DNA of 64,000 nucleotides from Eledone cirrhosa (taxonomy: Eukaryota): NCBI GenBank assembly GCA_964016885.1, contig OZ024742.1, forward strand, positions 180,730,001-180,794,000. Direction: 5' to 3'. The notes under the pieces were generated by a model. That model was not told the origin of the DNA and did no database searches. It saw nothing but the letters and a program-made list of their open reading frames with translations. The translations under genes and the position numbers were made by a program. This document shows, in pieces, positions 39,026-52,737 of this stretch. How positions within the stretch are numbered: the stretch's first letter is position 1; every line of letters begins with the position of its first letter.

Positions 39026-41002
39026 AATTTAAAAGTCCAGCATGTCACATATTGTTCCATGCTGACTGACTGAAAACTTCATTAAAGGTACAGGTGTTTA
39101 TGAAATACTCAACCACTTACACATTAATTAATTCACAAGCTGGATGTTCAGTTGCTCAAACAACTGAGTGGAAAAGGATCCATCACATCATTATTTCTAC
39201 TGATACCAACCCGGCCAAAACCACCCATTGTAAAGGCTTTCTATTTGAATTTAAATCTCCCAGTATAATTTTATATAAGAACTATATGTTGCCATGTTAG
39301 TAATTTAATAATTAATAATTTTTGCAAATCCCTCAAAATTCTCTAATAGCACTTTTGATGCCTATCCAACCCAAATCACCCATAATAAAACTTTCCAACA
39401 TGATTTTACTTTTAAGTTATGATATAAATACTATCTTAACAATGAAATAATTAATAACTTTACTAAATCTCTCCAATTTCTTCAATAACTAATTTGAATA
39501 CAGTGATACAGTATATTTGATTAGAAATATGGTAGCAAAAGGGTTGAAAGAGTTATATGTTGGACAAAAGGCATTAATGGCATTGTAAATTCCAAGTTCA
39601 AATAACCATAGCCACAGATATTTGTAGTTAAGTTTTGCTTTGCAACTGCATTAGACCAAGTTCAATGCTACTGCACAGCACCTTGAACAAGAGTCATTAT
39701 TCTATGGTAGCGAGGCAACCAAAACTATGTTAGTGGAATTTAGTAGATACAAATTATGTGATGACGTTCAGAGGATCCATTCCTGTTTTTGGTTGAAAAA
39801 CCTAATCCATCATCCGATTATCTCTATTGATACTAACCTGGTGAGAAACTAGCTCTGGTTCTATGAAATAATAACCACTAATTATAAAGAGTCCCTATAT
39901 AAATTAAAATCTTCCAGCAAAATTTTATACAAGAATTATATGTTACGTTGCTATCTTAGAAATGAAATAATTAGTAATCTAAAAATTCATTATTAAACAG
40001 AGTGTATTTCATTGTGAATATGAACAAGTACATTGTGGTATAATGAGGTTTGCTGTGGTTCTCATCATCATCATCATCATCATCATCAACGTTTAACGTC
40101 CGTGTTCCACGCTTGCATGGGTTTGGACGGGGGTAGTCCCACTTGAGGCAAGAGTGATTGTCTTGCTCGCATAGGACTGTCTGGCAGGTTTTCTACAGTT
40201 GGATGCCCTTCCTAACACCAACCACATTTACAGTGTGGGTCTGGGAGGTTTTTACCGTGTTGCCTATGAAACAAAAACCACATATCTTAAAGTGCTCTTA
40301 CTTATATTAAAATATTCCAACATACTTATTTATTGTTTATTTATAGTATCAATTTAAACGTCCATATAGAGCTAGTAAGACGTGACAGTTGAGAAACCAA
40401 AAACAAGATATACAGTGATAAGTGAAACAAAAAATTAAATTTAAAAATAAAAAATAAATAAATAAATTGAACTAGGGAAGGCCAACTGGGGGCAAAATAA
40501 GTATAAAAAACATAAAGAAGAAATAAGGGAAGCTGTAAAGCAGCTAAAAGTTACTGTTATTGAAACTTTTCAAAACTTCATTGCTTTCAAAGATCTTCTT
40601 TATAGTAGGAAGATATTTTACAATATATTGAATCTCAAATCTTGATAGTTTTTAATGATTAGCCTCAAGGTGTGCTCTCCTTCAGACTGATAGTTTTTAC
40701 GTTGGAACAAATAGTGCCAAATTGTCACCACAAGGACACAGCTGTGATTCTCTATGACCAGTTCATAATGAAATCTAATTCAAGGGTATATGTTCAGTAT
40801 AATCTCTTTTCTTAAAATTGCTCAGTGTCTCACATGTTTTGAATGTCAGATCTGGTTGAGTAAGTGGAAGACTGGAATTTGAGAGCTTATCTCTAGATTC
40901 TTCTCAAAAGTTTCCTCACCCTTCACTAATTATATTTTTTTCTAAATGATTTCACTTGTGATAGATTTGGGATGTATTCTATATCTATTATTTCCCATGT
41001 GA

Positions 41003-41185
41003 ATTGGCAGTATCGGTAGAGGGTCGGACGGCATGCTTTGACGTATAGAGTTACAGCCCTTGCCATTCTGAGTTCAAATCCCACCGAGGTTAACTTTGCC
41101 TTTCATCCTTACGGGGTCGATAAAATAAAGTACCATAATCTACTGGGTAATTGCTGGCCTTGTGCCAAAAGTAGAAACAATTATT
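41003..41185 (+). mobile_element. SINE family A
   Basis: Family sequence flanked by duplicated TTATTTCCCAT. Confidence 0.85.
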
Positions 41186-41259
41186 TCCCATTGTGTTCAC
41201 TCCTTTGCTAATTCATCTTCTTTCTTATTTCCTCTAATATCTGTATGACCTGGTATCTA

Positions 41260-42498
41260 AATCTATGTTATTTGTTTATTATTCCCTGAGAGGTAGTTTT
41301 ATCTATTCTAAGCAGAGCATTCTCAATATCTCTAACCTGACCACTTTTTTTTTTATTGAAACATTTCCCCATGGTATTTCTTTAGCTGAATTTATGGATA
41401 ATATAATTTCCCACCACTCTGCTTTAAATATTGTGAAATCACAATGAAATATGAAGTTCATATCTCTGTTATTTTTGAAAGACCAAGTAGCATAGCTCCA
41501 CATCCAACTCCCATGACTGAATGTGCCCCATATGTGTAACTGAGCCATTTGCTAAAACTGATTGACTGTGATAATGTTATTGAATTATGTTGATTCCTCT
41601 TTTGAGGTTTTAATTGTTATTTTAATCAATTTTAATTGTTTTACCCATGGAGGAAGCCAAATATCATGCTGCTTTCTTTTGCATTTAAACTGAGCAGTTG
41701 GCAGTTTATGTTTCCTAGACCCTTCTATCAACAAGTCAGTGGGATTTAACCATGCTTCGCAAAAAATAACTATCGTGTGAGTAAATCTTAGATATCCCAA
41801 TATAATTTTGCCAATTTGGGTATGAAATCCATCGATATGTTGAAGATAGCTAGTTCTTCTTCCTCCTCCCGAAACCCAGCTGCCATACAAAAGCTTTATT
41901 ATACAATCTTGAGTGTTTATATGTTAGGCAGTGAACTTTCTTTGAAATAACATGTCATGTTGAGATCATTCTTTCAGTGAGTCCTTGAGATGAGTTTCCC
42001 ATTTCAAGTCAGATTGTAACCAAAAATACCAAGGATCTTTATGGATTTTTGCGGTATGAATAGTTGATGATTCATTAATTATATTTCATTATATTGATAA
42101 TTGATAAGTTCAGGATTATGGAAGTGAATCAATTGTGATTTAGAGGGATCAAATTGTTGGCCATTTTCTTTTGCCCAATCAGTTGTAGGTGATAAGGCTG
42201 TGCATAATTTGGTTTTGTTATTGTTGATGATACTAGATGAAGTATATAAGTTGATACCTGAAAAACCTGATACTTCCACAATTCTATTTAGAAATGTAAA
42301 CAAGTCCATTGTGCAATATAGAATGAAAATAGATGAGACTAGAGAACCCTGTGGAAGTCCCTTCAGAAGGTAAATAATTTTGCATTTCTTGTTTCCAAGA
42401 ATCAGTCTTGTACTACCACTAGAAAGAAAGCTTTCAAGCCAGTTGCAAAGATAGTTCAGAATTTCAAATTGATGCAGTTTTCATATAAGAATCACATG
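41260..42498 (-). mobile_element. Highly decayed non-LTR retrotransposon RT region
   Basis: GLPQGSLVS at ~42335-42362, WAKENGQQFDPSKSQLIHF, IKILGIF. Confidence 0.65.
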
Positions 42499-42725
42499 TT
42501 AACCCTTTAGCATTTACATTACTCTATATATACAATTGTATTTTTGTGGTAAAGGCTTTACCCCACATAATTATCTCACATAATATTGAATCTATGAGAT
42601 TTTGATATTACTTATTTTGAAAACAATACCTTAACACCAGTATCAACAGCCAGTTACAGCTGGTTTGAACAGAAAGAGATGAGAATGCTGGCCGGATACA
42701 GCTAGTTTAAATGCTGAAGGCTTAA
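42499..42725. mobile_element. piggyBac-type MITE
   Basis: TTAA-CCCTTTAGCATTTA ... TAAATGCTGAAGGC-TTAA. Confidence 0.8.
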
Positions 42726-43520
42726 ATTAGTATCTTAGTGATGAAACAGTAAATAAAGTTACTTTATTAATTAATCAAAATCAGGTGTATTTCATTAGAT
42801 ATATGATCAAAGAGGACTAAACACAACAACATGATGCACGAATGTCATTAGACAAGTTTAATACGTTGTATGCACTTCTGCCAGACCTTCAGTATAAGAA
42901 TAAATTCCTCTCATCCTCCCACTGGCCACCAAGCCCCCAAAAAGGGTCATAAGCACTCTTCCTCTTCTTCAGACCATGTCATACACACAGATACACATAT
43001 ATGTGTATCTGTGTGTATCTGTGTGGGTGTGGTTGTATATTATATATATATGTATACACACATATATATATATGTAAATTATATGTCTATATAAATATAA
43101 ATATATATATATGTATATATAATATATGTATATATATAAATATATAACAAAATACCCCCCCCCCCCCCCGTCCCACTACCCCCACCCCATCCACACCACC
43201 CCTTTCAATGTAAATTTATGTTGGTACCACAACATCCAGCCCGAAACAAATGAGGCCGTGTAGGTGTCACGACAAAAAAAAAAAACACACAGTCCACGTT
43301 GTAATGTGGCCATATAGGTAACACGGTAAAAACCTCCCAGTTCCACACTGTAAATGTGGTTGGTGTTAGGAAGGGCATCCAGCTGTAGAAAACCCGCTAG
43401 ACAGTCCTATGCGAGCAAGACAACCACTCTTGCCTCAAGTGGGAAAACTCCTGTCCAAACCCATGCAAGCGTGGAATATGGACGTTAAACGATGATGATG
43501 ATGATGATGATGATATATAT

Positions 43521-44150
43521 ATCATCATCATCATCACCGTTTTACGTCTGTTCTTCCATGCTAGCATGGGTTAGACAGGTTGTCCTGTTGTGGGTAGCAT
43601 CTGGTTGGCTGACCATGCCTTGCTCATACAGGAACTGATTCTGGCTTTATTTCTACAGCTGGATGCCCTTCCTAACACCAACCTCATTTACAGTGAGTGC
43701 TGGGTGCTTTTTTTCCATGGCGCCTACACATCCACTTTACAGTGTGGCCTGGGTGCTTTTTTGCCGTGGCACCTCCACGACCACTTTGCAGTGCGAGGGT
43801 GTGGGGGCATATTGTCTATATGCTTCAGCTTGTACACATGGGAGGTCAGGTACTCTGTATTACTGCATGACGCCAGAGGTCATGGCCTTTGAGAGGTGTA
43901 ATTGGGTAAGTTCAGCTTTTATCACCTCATCCCAGGTCTTCTTGGGTCTCCCCACTCTGCGGTTTCCAATGACTTCCAGTGCTCTGCACCTTTCTATGCA
44001 GCTGTCATCCTTCATTATCATCACATGTCCAGACAAACGCAACTGCTTCTCCTGCACACAGCATTTGATTCCTCTTATGCCCAGTCTCTCTCTCAATTCA
44101 TTTATGCTTTGCCGTTCGCATATATAACTATTACACATCCATCGGAGCAT
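43521..44150 (-). mobile_element. RTE LINE 3' fragment, tail-to-tail with 43150-43513
   Basis: MLRWMCNS..LGIRGI..GRPKKTW; (CAT)n tail. Confidence 0.88.
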
Positions 44151-44164
44151 ACATACATATATAA

Positions 44165-44204
<40 letters not shown>

Positions 44205-45426
44205 CATATGTATATCATATGTATGTATATCATATATGTATGTATATCATATGTATGTATATCATATGTATATATGATATACATACATATGATATACATA
44301 TTTATATATATATACATATAATATACAACATTTATATATTTATATATGTATGTATGTATATATATATATATACATACATTCACTAAAGTCAATTCTATCA
44401 ACTTCAATCTTTTACATTTACAGAACTGGCTTCTTGCCTGATGAAAAAATCAATACATAAGACATATATATTTGGTCATCGATACGTAAGACATATATAT
44501 TTGGTCGTTAAATCTCTAAACACTATCAGGAATATTACTTATTGGTTTTATTTCATTTGATTCTTTTAAGATTGTATTTTCATTCAAAGAATTACTATTT
44601 TCAATATACAGTATACCATGTGTCTTGAAATGGAAAATAGAAAGAACAGATAAAATTATGACATTGTAAGACATAAACAACCAGCTTCTCTCACATAGAC
44701 GTACAATCACACACCCTCCCCCAACAAAAACCCTCCCACACTACACCCTCCCATGCTCACACCCACTCACACGCCCTCATTCACACACATATGTGTTTAT
44801 ACATATTTTCTTTTCAGTCCTTCCTCTTCTCGCTTTCTATCTTTCTATTTCATCTTTTATTTCTCATTCTATCTTCTGATGAAGGACCAGTATCCAAAAC
44901 ATTAAGACTCTTTTCCTACTATATCAAACATTAGACTAAGATATTTCTTCATTGTACTCTATTATTTGCTTTGTTGTTTCCATTTAAGTTTTGCATATAT
45001 TTCATCATCATCATCATCATCATCATCTTTTTACGTCCGTTTTTCCCTGCTTGCAAGGGTTGGATGGATCCTATTCAGCACAGCATCTCTCCACTAGTCA
45101 CGGTCCTTCATCATCTCCTCGGTGAGTTTCAGCGATCTGAGGTCTGCTCTCACCACCTCCGCCCATGTTTTACGTGGTCTACCTCTTCTGCGTCTTCCTT
45201 CTACTGGGATTTCTTGGCACTTCTTTACCCAGCGGTCATCCTCCATGCACATCACATGCCCATACCATCTCAAGCTTCTCTCCTGCACACCACAACATAT
45301 CCCTCTTATACCCAGTTTCTTTCTCAACTCGTCCATGCTTGGTCGTTCACACACATTGACATTGCACATATTTATATATATGTATAATTAAAAAAAAAAA
45401 ATATCGCTCTACATGACTGAATACAA

Positions 45427-45949
45427 TAAATGTAATCTGAGTTTTTCGAATATTAATAATAATATTCGATTCGTTTGCAATTATGCAAACAGCCTCTAAT
45501 ATGCAAATCAGGCCCACAGTCACTGCATATTTTAGAAAATATATATTTTCACTAGCTCTGGCAGGTGAACAGTGAACTGCACTGATGAAGCGTAATGCCC
45601 AGAAACATTAGTGTCTGCAGTTCTGTTTACACGCCAACACAAGAGCAAGAATGAAGGGCTCATTCTACTGACATGGCTTTAAAAAAGAGGGTGCTTGCAT
45701 AATTGCAAAGGAATCGAATATTATTATTAATAAAGGCGGTGGATTGGCAGTATCGATAGAGAGTCAGACACAATGCTTTGAAGCATAGAGTTACGTCCCT
45801 TTATGATCTGAGTTCAAATCGCGCTGAGGTTAACTTTGCCTTTCATCCTTACGGGGTCGATAAAATAAAGTACCAGTAATGTACTGGGTAATTGCTGGCC
45901 TTGTGCCAAAAGTAGAAACAATTATTAATATTCAAAAAACTCAGATTAC

Positions 45950-45954
<5 letters not shown>
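45427..45954. mobile_element. Inverted-repeat element with central hammerhead; right arm split by SINE A (45733-45925)
   Basis: TAAATGTAATCTGAG..TTTGCAATTATGCAA is the reverse complement of 45696-45731 plus 45922-45954. Confidence 0.8.
45574..45623 (+). ncRNA. Type I hammerhead ribozyme
   Basis: GAACTGCA-CTGATGA-(weak stem II)-GAAA-CA TTAG TG-TC-TGCAGTTC; 8 bp stem I, GUC triplet at 45613-45615. Confidence 0.75.
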
Positions 45955-45991
<37 letters not shown>

Positions 45992-45995
<4 letters not shown>

Positions 45996-47280
45996 ACAGG
46001 GAGAAAGAGACGATTATTAGGAAGAAAAATTTTTTTTTTCCTTTTTTATTTCTCTCTCTCTTTTTTTCTGGGTTAGAAAATGATTAAAACGAAATGTTTA
46101 ACTTTGTGTGAAGTGTTAAGGTATTAGTTGATTTATTTATTATTTAACAATGGCATTTATTTATCTATTTATATATTTAATAATTGTCTATTACCGGTTT
46201 CAGCATTTTTATGCATTATCAAATGATAAGGTGCAGAAATAATAATATTATTTATAAACAAGGTTTATGAAGTGAAAAGAAAAAAGAAAAAGGAAAAAAA
46301 ACGTGCATAATGTCGAGCATAAAAAGTCAATGTGGAAGAAAAAATAATTTTATTTACAGGCATAGTTATTGAAGTTAAGCAGATCAAAATGTGTTAATAT
46401 AGCAAGAGTGCTTAGTTGATCCATGATTCCGTGATGGAGGCAAATGGTGGACTGAGGTTTGATATGATTTCCCTTTTTAGAGAGTTAATATGCAAGGGGA
46501 AGCAATTCTTGCTGGATGATATTTAATTTATTTAAGAAAAAGGATTAGGTAGGGTGTGAGGGAGGTAACTATTGTAAATGTTCGATTGTTTGTTGCAGTT
46601 TTAGATTGGTCCGATTTTTAGAGCATTAAGTAGTAATTGGAATTTGTTAATGAAATATGTTTCCTTATTTGTACGTTGGATGAAAGTAGCGTTGTCTATG
46701 AATTTGTAAATAGGGAACATTTTAAAGTTTGGATGTGGTTGTGAGCACAATTGGCGATATGTTCACTAAATGCAATATTTCTGTATTCCTGTATTTTAAT
46801 TTGTGATTTATGGACGGTCATACGTTGACGGAGGCTGTTTTTTGTCTGTCCTATGTAGGGCTCTTGACAACCTGAGCAGGTAATAACATAGATAAGGTTT
46901 TCAGATGCACATGTAAAGGTGTGTTTAACTGTGAAACACTGTCCTTGTTTAAAATGGAATATTGAACATTCTATTAGATTTATGCATATGCCACAGTTGG
47001 GCCTTCTGTGTTTTGTTACTGTAGGGTTCATTGTGAGAGTTTGCTGGATTTTGGCTTGTGTGGGGATGTTTTTTATGGATTTAGGTTGTCTTTTGCTCTT
47101 TATGATGTTGTGTGTTTGGAAGATTTTGTTCCTTCTTGGGTCTCTTTTTAGTAAAGGAATGTTCTGGAGGATGGTGTTGAATGCCTCATTGTTGAGGGGT
47201 TGTGTGTAGAGATGTATGGTAGAGTTTTTTGTTGCAGTTCATTCCTGGGTTTGGGGTCTCTGAGTACCTGGATGTCTAGT
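45992..47280 (-). mobile_element. 3' fragment of a Neptune-like PLE (GIY-YIG plus 3' UTR)
   Basis: RPNCGICINL..NLIYVITCSGCQEPYIGQT..RMTVHK; degenerate hammerhead at 46188-46226; (TA)n flanks. Confidence 0.88.
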
Positions 47281-47639
47281 ATATATATATATGTATTTAA
47301 AAGGTAAACAGAAATAATAACACAATCAGTACAGTATATGGAAGGAATATATTAGGTTAACGCTTGAAATAGGAGGAAGAGGGTCTTAACAGTTTGGAGA
47401 CTAGTCTTTCATCAGAAGAAAGAATGAACAATTAGATTGATTGAAGGGACGGGCAGGGTGGAATTGGAAAAATGTCTTTAGATAAAAATAACAGGTCCTT
47501 TCATGTTGCCATCTCTTGGAAAACTGTTGATGCTGGCGTTTTGTGTATCATATATTTTTTTTAGAAAGAGGATGATGGAGTGCGTCAAACACATATATTT
47601 ACATATCGTCATTGCATCCAATCAAACAGGCCTGACAAT

Positions 47640-48345
47640 ATCTCTCCAGAATTCACTATTTTCTATTACTTATGACAACTGCACCCTACTGAGGTTTGTA
47701 TCATCTGAGAAGTGTTCAAGTCCTTGCACCTGATCCAAACAACATCACTGACTCATTTTGATTTTTCTGGGAAGATCTGACTTTCATATCTTTTCACCAA
47801 CTTCCATTTTGTTCATTGCAGCCCAGTATTTGACATTCCATTAATTATGTCCTTTTTTGAACTCATCCCGTTGCCCAAATATAGAAAATCATCAACTTGA
47901 TTTAGTATTCCACCAACTAGTGGGACAAGATTTCCATCTTCTTGGTAACATTTATATGTAGAACAATTTTCCTGGCAGAGAATTCAATTTTATGAAGAAG
48001 TTCTTAAATTTGATTAATGGTATTTGATAGAAGAACTATGTCATCAGCAATATCTGTATCACATATAGCAGTTAAAGGGGTTCACTTACTTCTCCTTTGT
48101 GTTAATATCAAGCCGAGATCTTGTTAATTAATAATGGCTTCCCTCATGGCATAGTCCAGAGCGATTATTAAAAGATATAGTACCAATGTGTCATATTGAA
48201 GAACACCCGCTAGGATTTCAAAGACTCAGTATCAACATCAGGAATGAGAACTTGAGCTTCTGTGTTTATGTAGAGTAAATCTATAGCAAAAACTATGGCA
48301 TCAGGTATGCCATATGCAACTAAGATTGACATAAGCTTTCCTCAA
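47640..48345 (-). mobile_element. Decayed RTE-X-like LINE RT fragment
   Basis: EILAGVLQYDTLVLYLLIIALDYAMREA and QVDDFLYLG remnants. Confidence 0.65.
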
Positions 48346-49539
48346 TGCATACACACATATATACATCATCATCATCATCATCATCGTTTAACGTCCGTGT
48401 TCCACGCTTGCATGGGTTTGGACGGGAGTTTTCCCACTTGAGGCAAGAGTGATTGTCTTGCTTGCATAGGACTGTCTGGCGGGTTTTCTACAGTTGGATT
48501 CCCTTCCTAACACCAACCACATTTACAGTGTGGGGCTGGGAGGTTTTTACCGTGTTGCCTACACGGCCACATTACAGCGTGGACTGTGTGTTTTTTTGTC
48601 GTGACACCTACACGATCTCATTTGTTTCGGCCTGGATGTTGTGGCACCAACATAACTTTACATTGAAATGGGCGGTGTGGAAGGGGGGGGGGGTGTATTT
48701 TGTTAGAGATGCCTACTGACTGTAGTAGGTTTTACATTGTATTTAGGTATAAAGATATATATATACTTAATAAGTAGCTTTCTATAGGGGATCAGGAGGT
48801 GACCACAGTTAAAGAAGATATTCAACACATTAGTAGAGTATAAGCATCTTTGTTCAATACAGGGGATCAGGAGGTGATCATATCTTGATTATACAGATCT
48901 GGATTTTGGCTTGGTTTCTATGGTTGAATGCCCTTCTTAATACCAACCATTTTAAAGTATGGACGGGATGCCTTTTATCGGGCCTCCAAAATAAACTTCT
49001 AACTGGGGGGACTGGATGCTTTTTCAACATGTCCACCCAACAAACGGACAGAGTGGGTTGAGTGCTTTTTGTCGCATTACCAGCATAACCACCTCGAAGG
49101 TGAACAGTGTTCTTTTTTATTCTCTTGTCACCAATAAAACCACCGTGTAGGGTGGACTGGGTGCTTTTTTTCTCATGTTACAAACACGACCACTATACAG
49201 AGTGGACTGGGAGCCTCTTATGTCACCAGCATGACCTCCCTTACAGGGTGGACTTAATGCTTTCCTTTTTGTCATCGCACCATCATGATAGAAAAAAATG
49301 TGAAACGCATCCAGCTTTCCGTACATATGCGCATGTGTTAGACAGAAGAGATATATCAGAGGTGTGGGTGTGGGGGTTGGAAGAGGGGCAGCCAAGTATG
49401 CAAGTTGGACATGAATAAGGTGAGTGAAATATTTAGTTAGTGGTGGGGGCAGGGGTATTAAGACTCAAAAGAGTGAATAGTTTAAGGGTAGGGAAAAGAT
49501 TGGTGCAGATTTGTGTCCTCTACAAGTTTGTTTCATCCT

Positions 49540-50200
49540 GTGTACATGAGATGGCTCAAGGTTTCCTAAGACTTCTTCTCCCATAGTTTCCATCAAATTT
49601 GAGCACATTGCATCTTTTTATATGGATGTTATCCTCCATATGCATCACATGTCCATAGCACCACAACTGCCTTGCCTGCAAACAGCATCTGTCCCCTCTT
49701 ATGCCCAGTTTCTTTGTCAGTTCATTGACACTTTATCATTCATGCTCACTACTATTGCATTCAGCAAAGATTACAAGCTTCATTTCTTTCCAATCTATAT
49801 AGGTCCTCTGCACACAGTGCCCAGGTCTCACTTCCATGCAGCATTGCTGTTCATACACAGGCAACATACTCTCTGCCTTTGGTTTTGAGGGGAAAATTAA
49901 TTTTAGCTAACAGCAATTGTAGATCCCTAAACTTTTCCCACCTCCACTGCACATTTTGTTACCCAGGTAACAGAAGCTATCAACTATATCTATGGAGGCT
50001 TCTGAACATTTAACAGAGCTTGTTTCTCGTGAGCTCTTGCTGTTTACTGCTCCTGTGCATCGGCCACGTTTGTTAACCACTACATCTCTTTTGTAGCCAT
50101 AATTTTCATTTGGGATAGAGGATGGAATTTCAATCCAGTCCTTTACTGCACACTGAGCAAAGTCATTTCCCTGAAGGGATTGGGGCTCTGTTTTCTTTAC
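49540..50200 (-). mobile_element. Decayed RTE LINE fragment
   Basis: Collinear with other RTE copies (Cys finger, AMLHGSETWAL). Confidence 0.75.
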
Positions 50201-50224
50201 AACTAACTAGGACTTTATCAAGAT

Positions 50225-50640
50225 GATTTTAAAAGATTTAGAGGCGGGAAGACAAGTGGAGCTGGAATGTCTGAGTGAAAGTTTCATGGGGTCAGATAGA
50301 TCTGAGGAACAGTGGCCGTTGTAGTAGCAGTTAAAAATACAGAGTAAGGAGACAGAGCAACTGTGAGCCAGAGTCTGGAGCATGCCTGTCAGTGACTTTA
50401 AGCCAATCAATTGAATCACCTTTTTTCTGAATGTCGGTCTTAACTGAGCTTTGTAAAGGATCAGAATTTGTTAAGAGCTGGATTAATTTCTGATTCTGAA
50501 GAGAAGAGCCATTCTTTTAGATACAATTCTAGCTATGTTTATGATGTGCATTTTTGATGAGAGATTAAGGTCTAGCATTTGGAGTGAACGTGAAGGTTAT
50601 TCTAATCCCATGCTGTTCGTGTTTAAGGGTGGTGAGGTGT
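50225..50640 (-). mobile_element. Decayed LINE 3' region (Jockey/CR1-group-like)
   Basis: LQTLAHS..SLLCIFNCYYNGHCSSDL resembles the C-terminal motif of these LINEs. Confidence 0.5.
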
Positions 50641-50914
50641 GTTGATGTTTTAGTTCCATACACATACAATCAACAAATCAAATGAATGATAACAATAAAA
50701 ATGAATTAGATCTTTTAATTATTTGGTTTCAGTTATACAACAGTCATAAATAGTTTCAATGATCATAGCTACCCCTGAACTATTACACACTTTATTGATT
50801 TAAAACTGCCAAACTTCAACAAAATAGGACAAAAGTAATAAAGCACATACATATGCATGCACACAAAATTATGCCTCACTATACCACAATGCCATGCCAG
50901 ACCACAATCTGCTT

Positions 50915-51162
50915 CACCCCACCACACTACACTACACCACACTACATTACACCACACCACACTACACTACACCACACCACACTACACTACACCACACTAC
51001 ACCACATCACACCCCACCACACTACACCATATCACACCCCACCACACCACATCACACTGAAACCTCAATCTAAGAGAGACATCATTCATAAGAAGAGAGT
51101 TAGTCTGTTTTTACTGGTCTTCATAACCAGCATAACCCTTCTCTCTCTCTCTCCCCCCCCCC

Positions 51163-51235
<73 letters not shown>

Positions 51236-51240
51236 CTGTG
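50915..51240. repeat. (CACTA/CACCA)n pentamer microsatellite and (CT)n
   Basis: Direct inspection. Confidence 0.95.
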
Positions 51241-52239
51241 TGTCTGTGTATCTATCTTTCTTTATTTCTTATATTTAGATTTCAAGAATATGAAAGATCT
51301 TTGTTGCCAAAGAATTTGTTGTGAATCTGACACTGTATATTGACAATGACATACATTGTTGTTCAAAAACTTCTATAGGTCACAGGTTAGTTATTGTTAA
51401 TAAGATTACAATTTCACCTACTTTTAACCTCATTGGTAAAAATGAAAAAAAATATATATATATTAAAATCTGTAATTTCATAATATTTATATCTACAATA
51501 CATTTCCATCAGTTTTAACCTCCAATCATCATCAAATGTCTTATTCCTGAATGCACAAGTAGTCCCTGGAGACTGGTTTCAAATATTGATTGATCTCCAA
51601 TCATCATAAGATGCCATATTTTTATAAATTTTTTTCAAGATAGCTGACTATCTCCTATCTACCTTTTTACCATTTTATTTATTTTCTACTCTGGTGTATC
51701 TTCTTTATTCTTCTTCTCTCATCAAGAACACCTTCACTTCTCCCTCTCATTCTATCTTCCAATGAAGGACTAATGTCTGAAATATAATGACTCTTTTCTA
51801 ACTATACCAAGCATTAAACTAATATACCATCATTTCATTGTGTTGTTCTCACATCTTACTTTTCCTTGTTAACTTCATACAAACATGCATATATATATCA
51901 TCATCATCATCACCACCATTTAACATCCATTTTTCCATGCTACCATGGGTTAGATGAGCTGTCCCATTGTTACCCAAGCCAGGTCAGTTGACCATATCTT
52001 GCACATAGAGAATGGATTTTTGCTTTGTTTCTACAGCTGGTTGCCCTTCCTAACACCCAACCACATTTATAGTGTATACTGGGTACTTTTTTCATGACCC
52101 CCTACACAATGACTTTAGAGTGTGGGCTGGGAGCTTTTTGTCATGTCACCAACACAACCACATTAGAGTATATATATATATATATATAATGAAGAAGTGA
52201 AGAATAACATGGATAAGCTATACAGTAGGGTTTATTCCA

Positions 52240-52361
52240 AGTATTAACATATGTTTCATTGGCTAGTATGTGATTAGATGCATCTAAAAATTGCTATCTG
52301 CAATGGTGGTGTGACACTTGATTTTAAATATTGCTAATACCAGTCAAATTATCAAAATACT
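52240..52361 (-). ncRNA. Degenerate long-stem-II hammerhead in a PLE-like terminal fragment
   Basis: AGTATT-TTGATAA-T-TTGACTGGTAT...ATACTAGCCAA-T-GAAA-CATATG-TT-AATACT; flank homologous to 15961-16035. Confidence 0.6.
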
Positions 52362-52684
52362 GGTTTTGGATCTGGCAATACAATGTATTCATACTGAGGA
52401 TATAGCCCACCAGTGTTTTACTATATATCATCATCATCATCATCATTGTTTAAGGTCCATCTTCCATGCTAGCATGGGTTAAACAGATTTGTCCCATTTA
52501 GAAGCAAGTTGGGTCGGGTGACCATATCTTGCTCATATAAGACTGTTTCTGGCTGGTTTTCTACGGCTGGATGCCCTTCCTAGCGCCAACCACATTTGCA
52601 GTGTGTGCTGGGTGCTATTTGTCATGACACCTACATGACCAATTTACAGACTGGGCTGGATGTTTTGTGGTACCAATGTAACAT

Positions 52685-52718
<34 letters not shown>

Positions 52719-52737
52719 TTTTGTGTATATACATATA

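Noticed and set aside
50853-51278. His/Thr-rich ORFs, and the YIYI-type ORFs across the window
   Set aside because: These are translations of microsatellites
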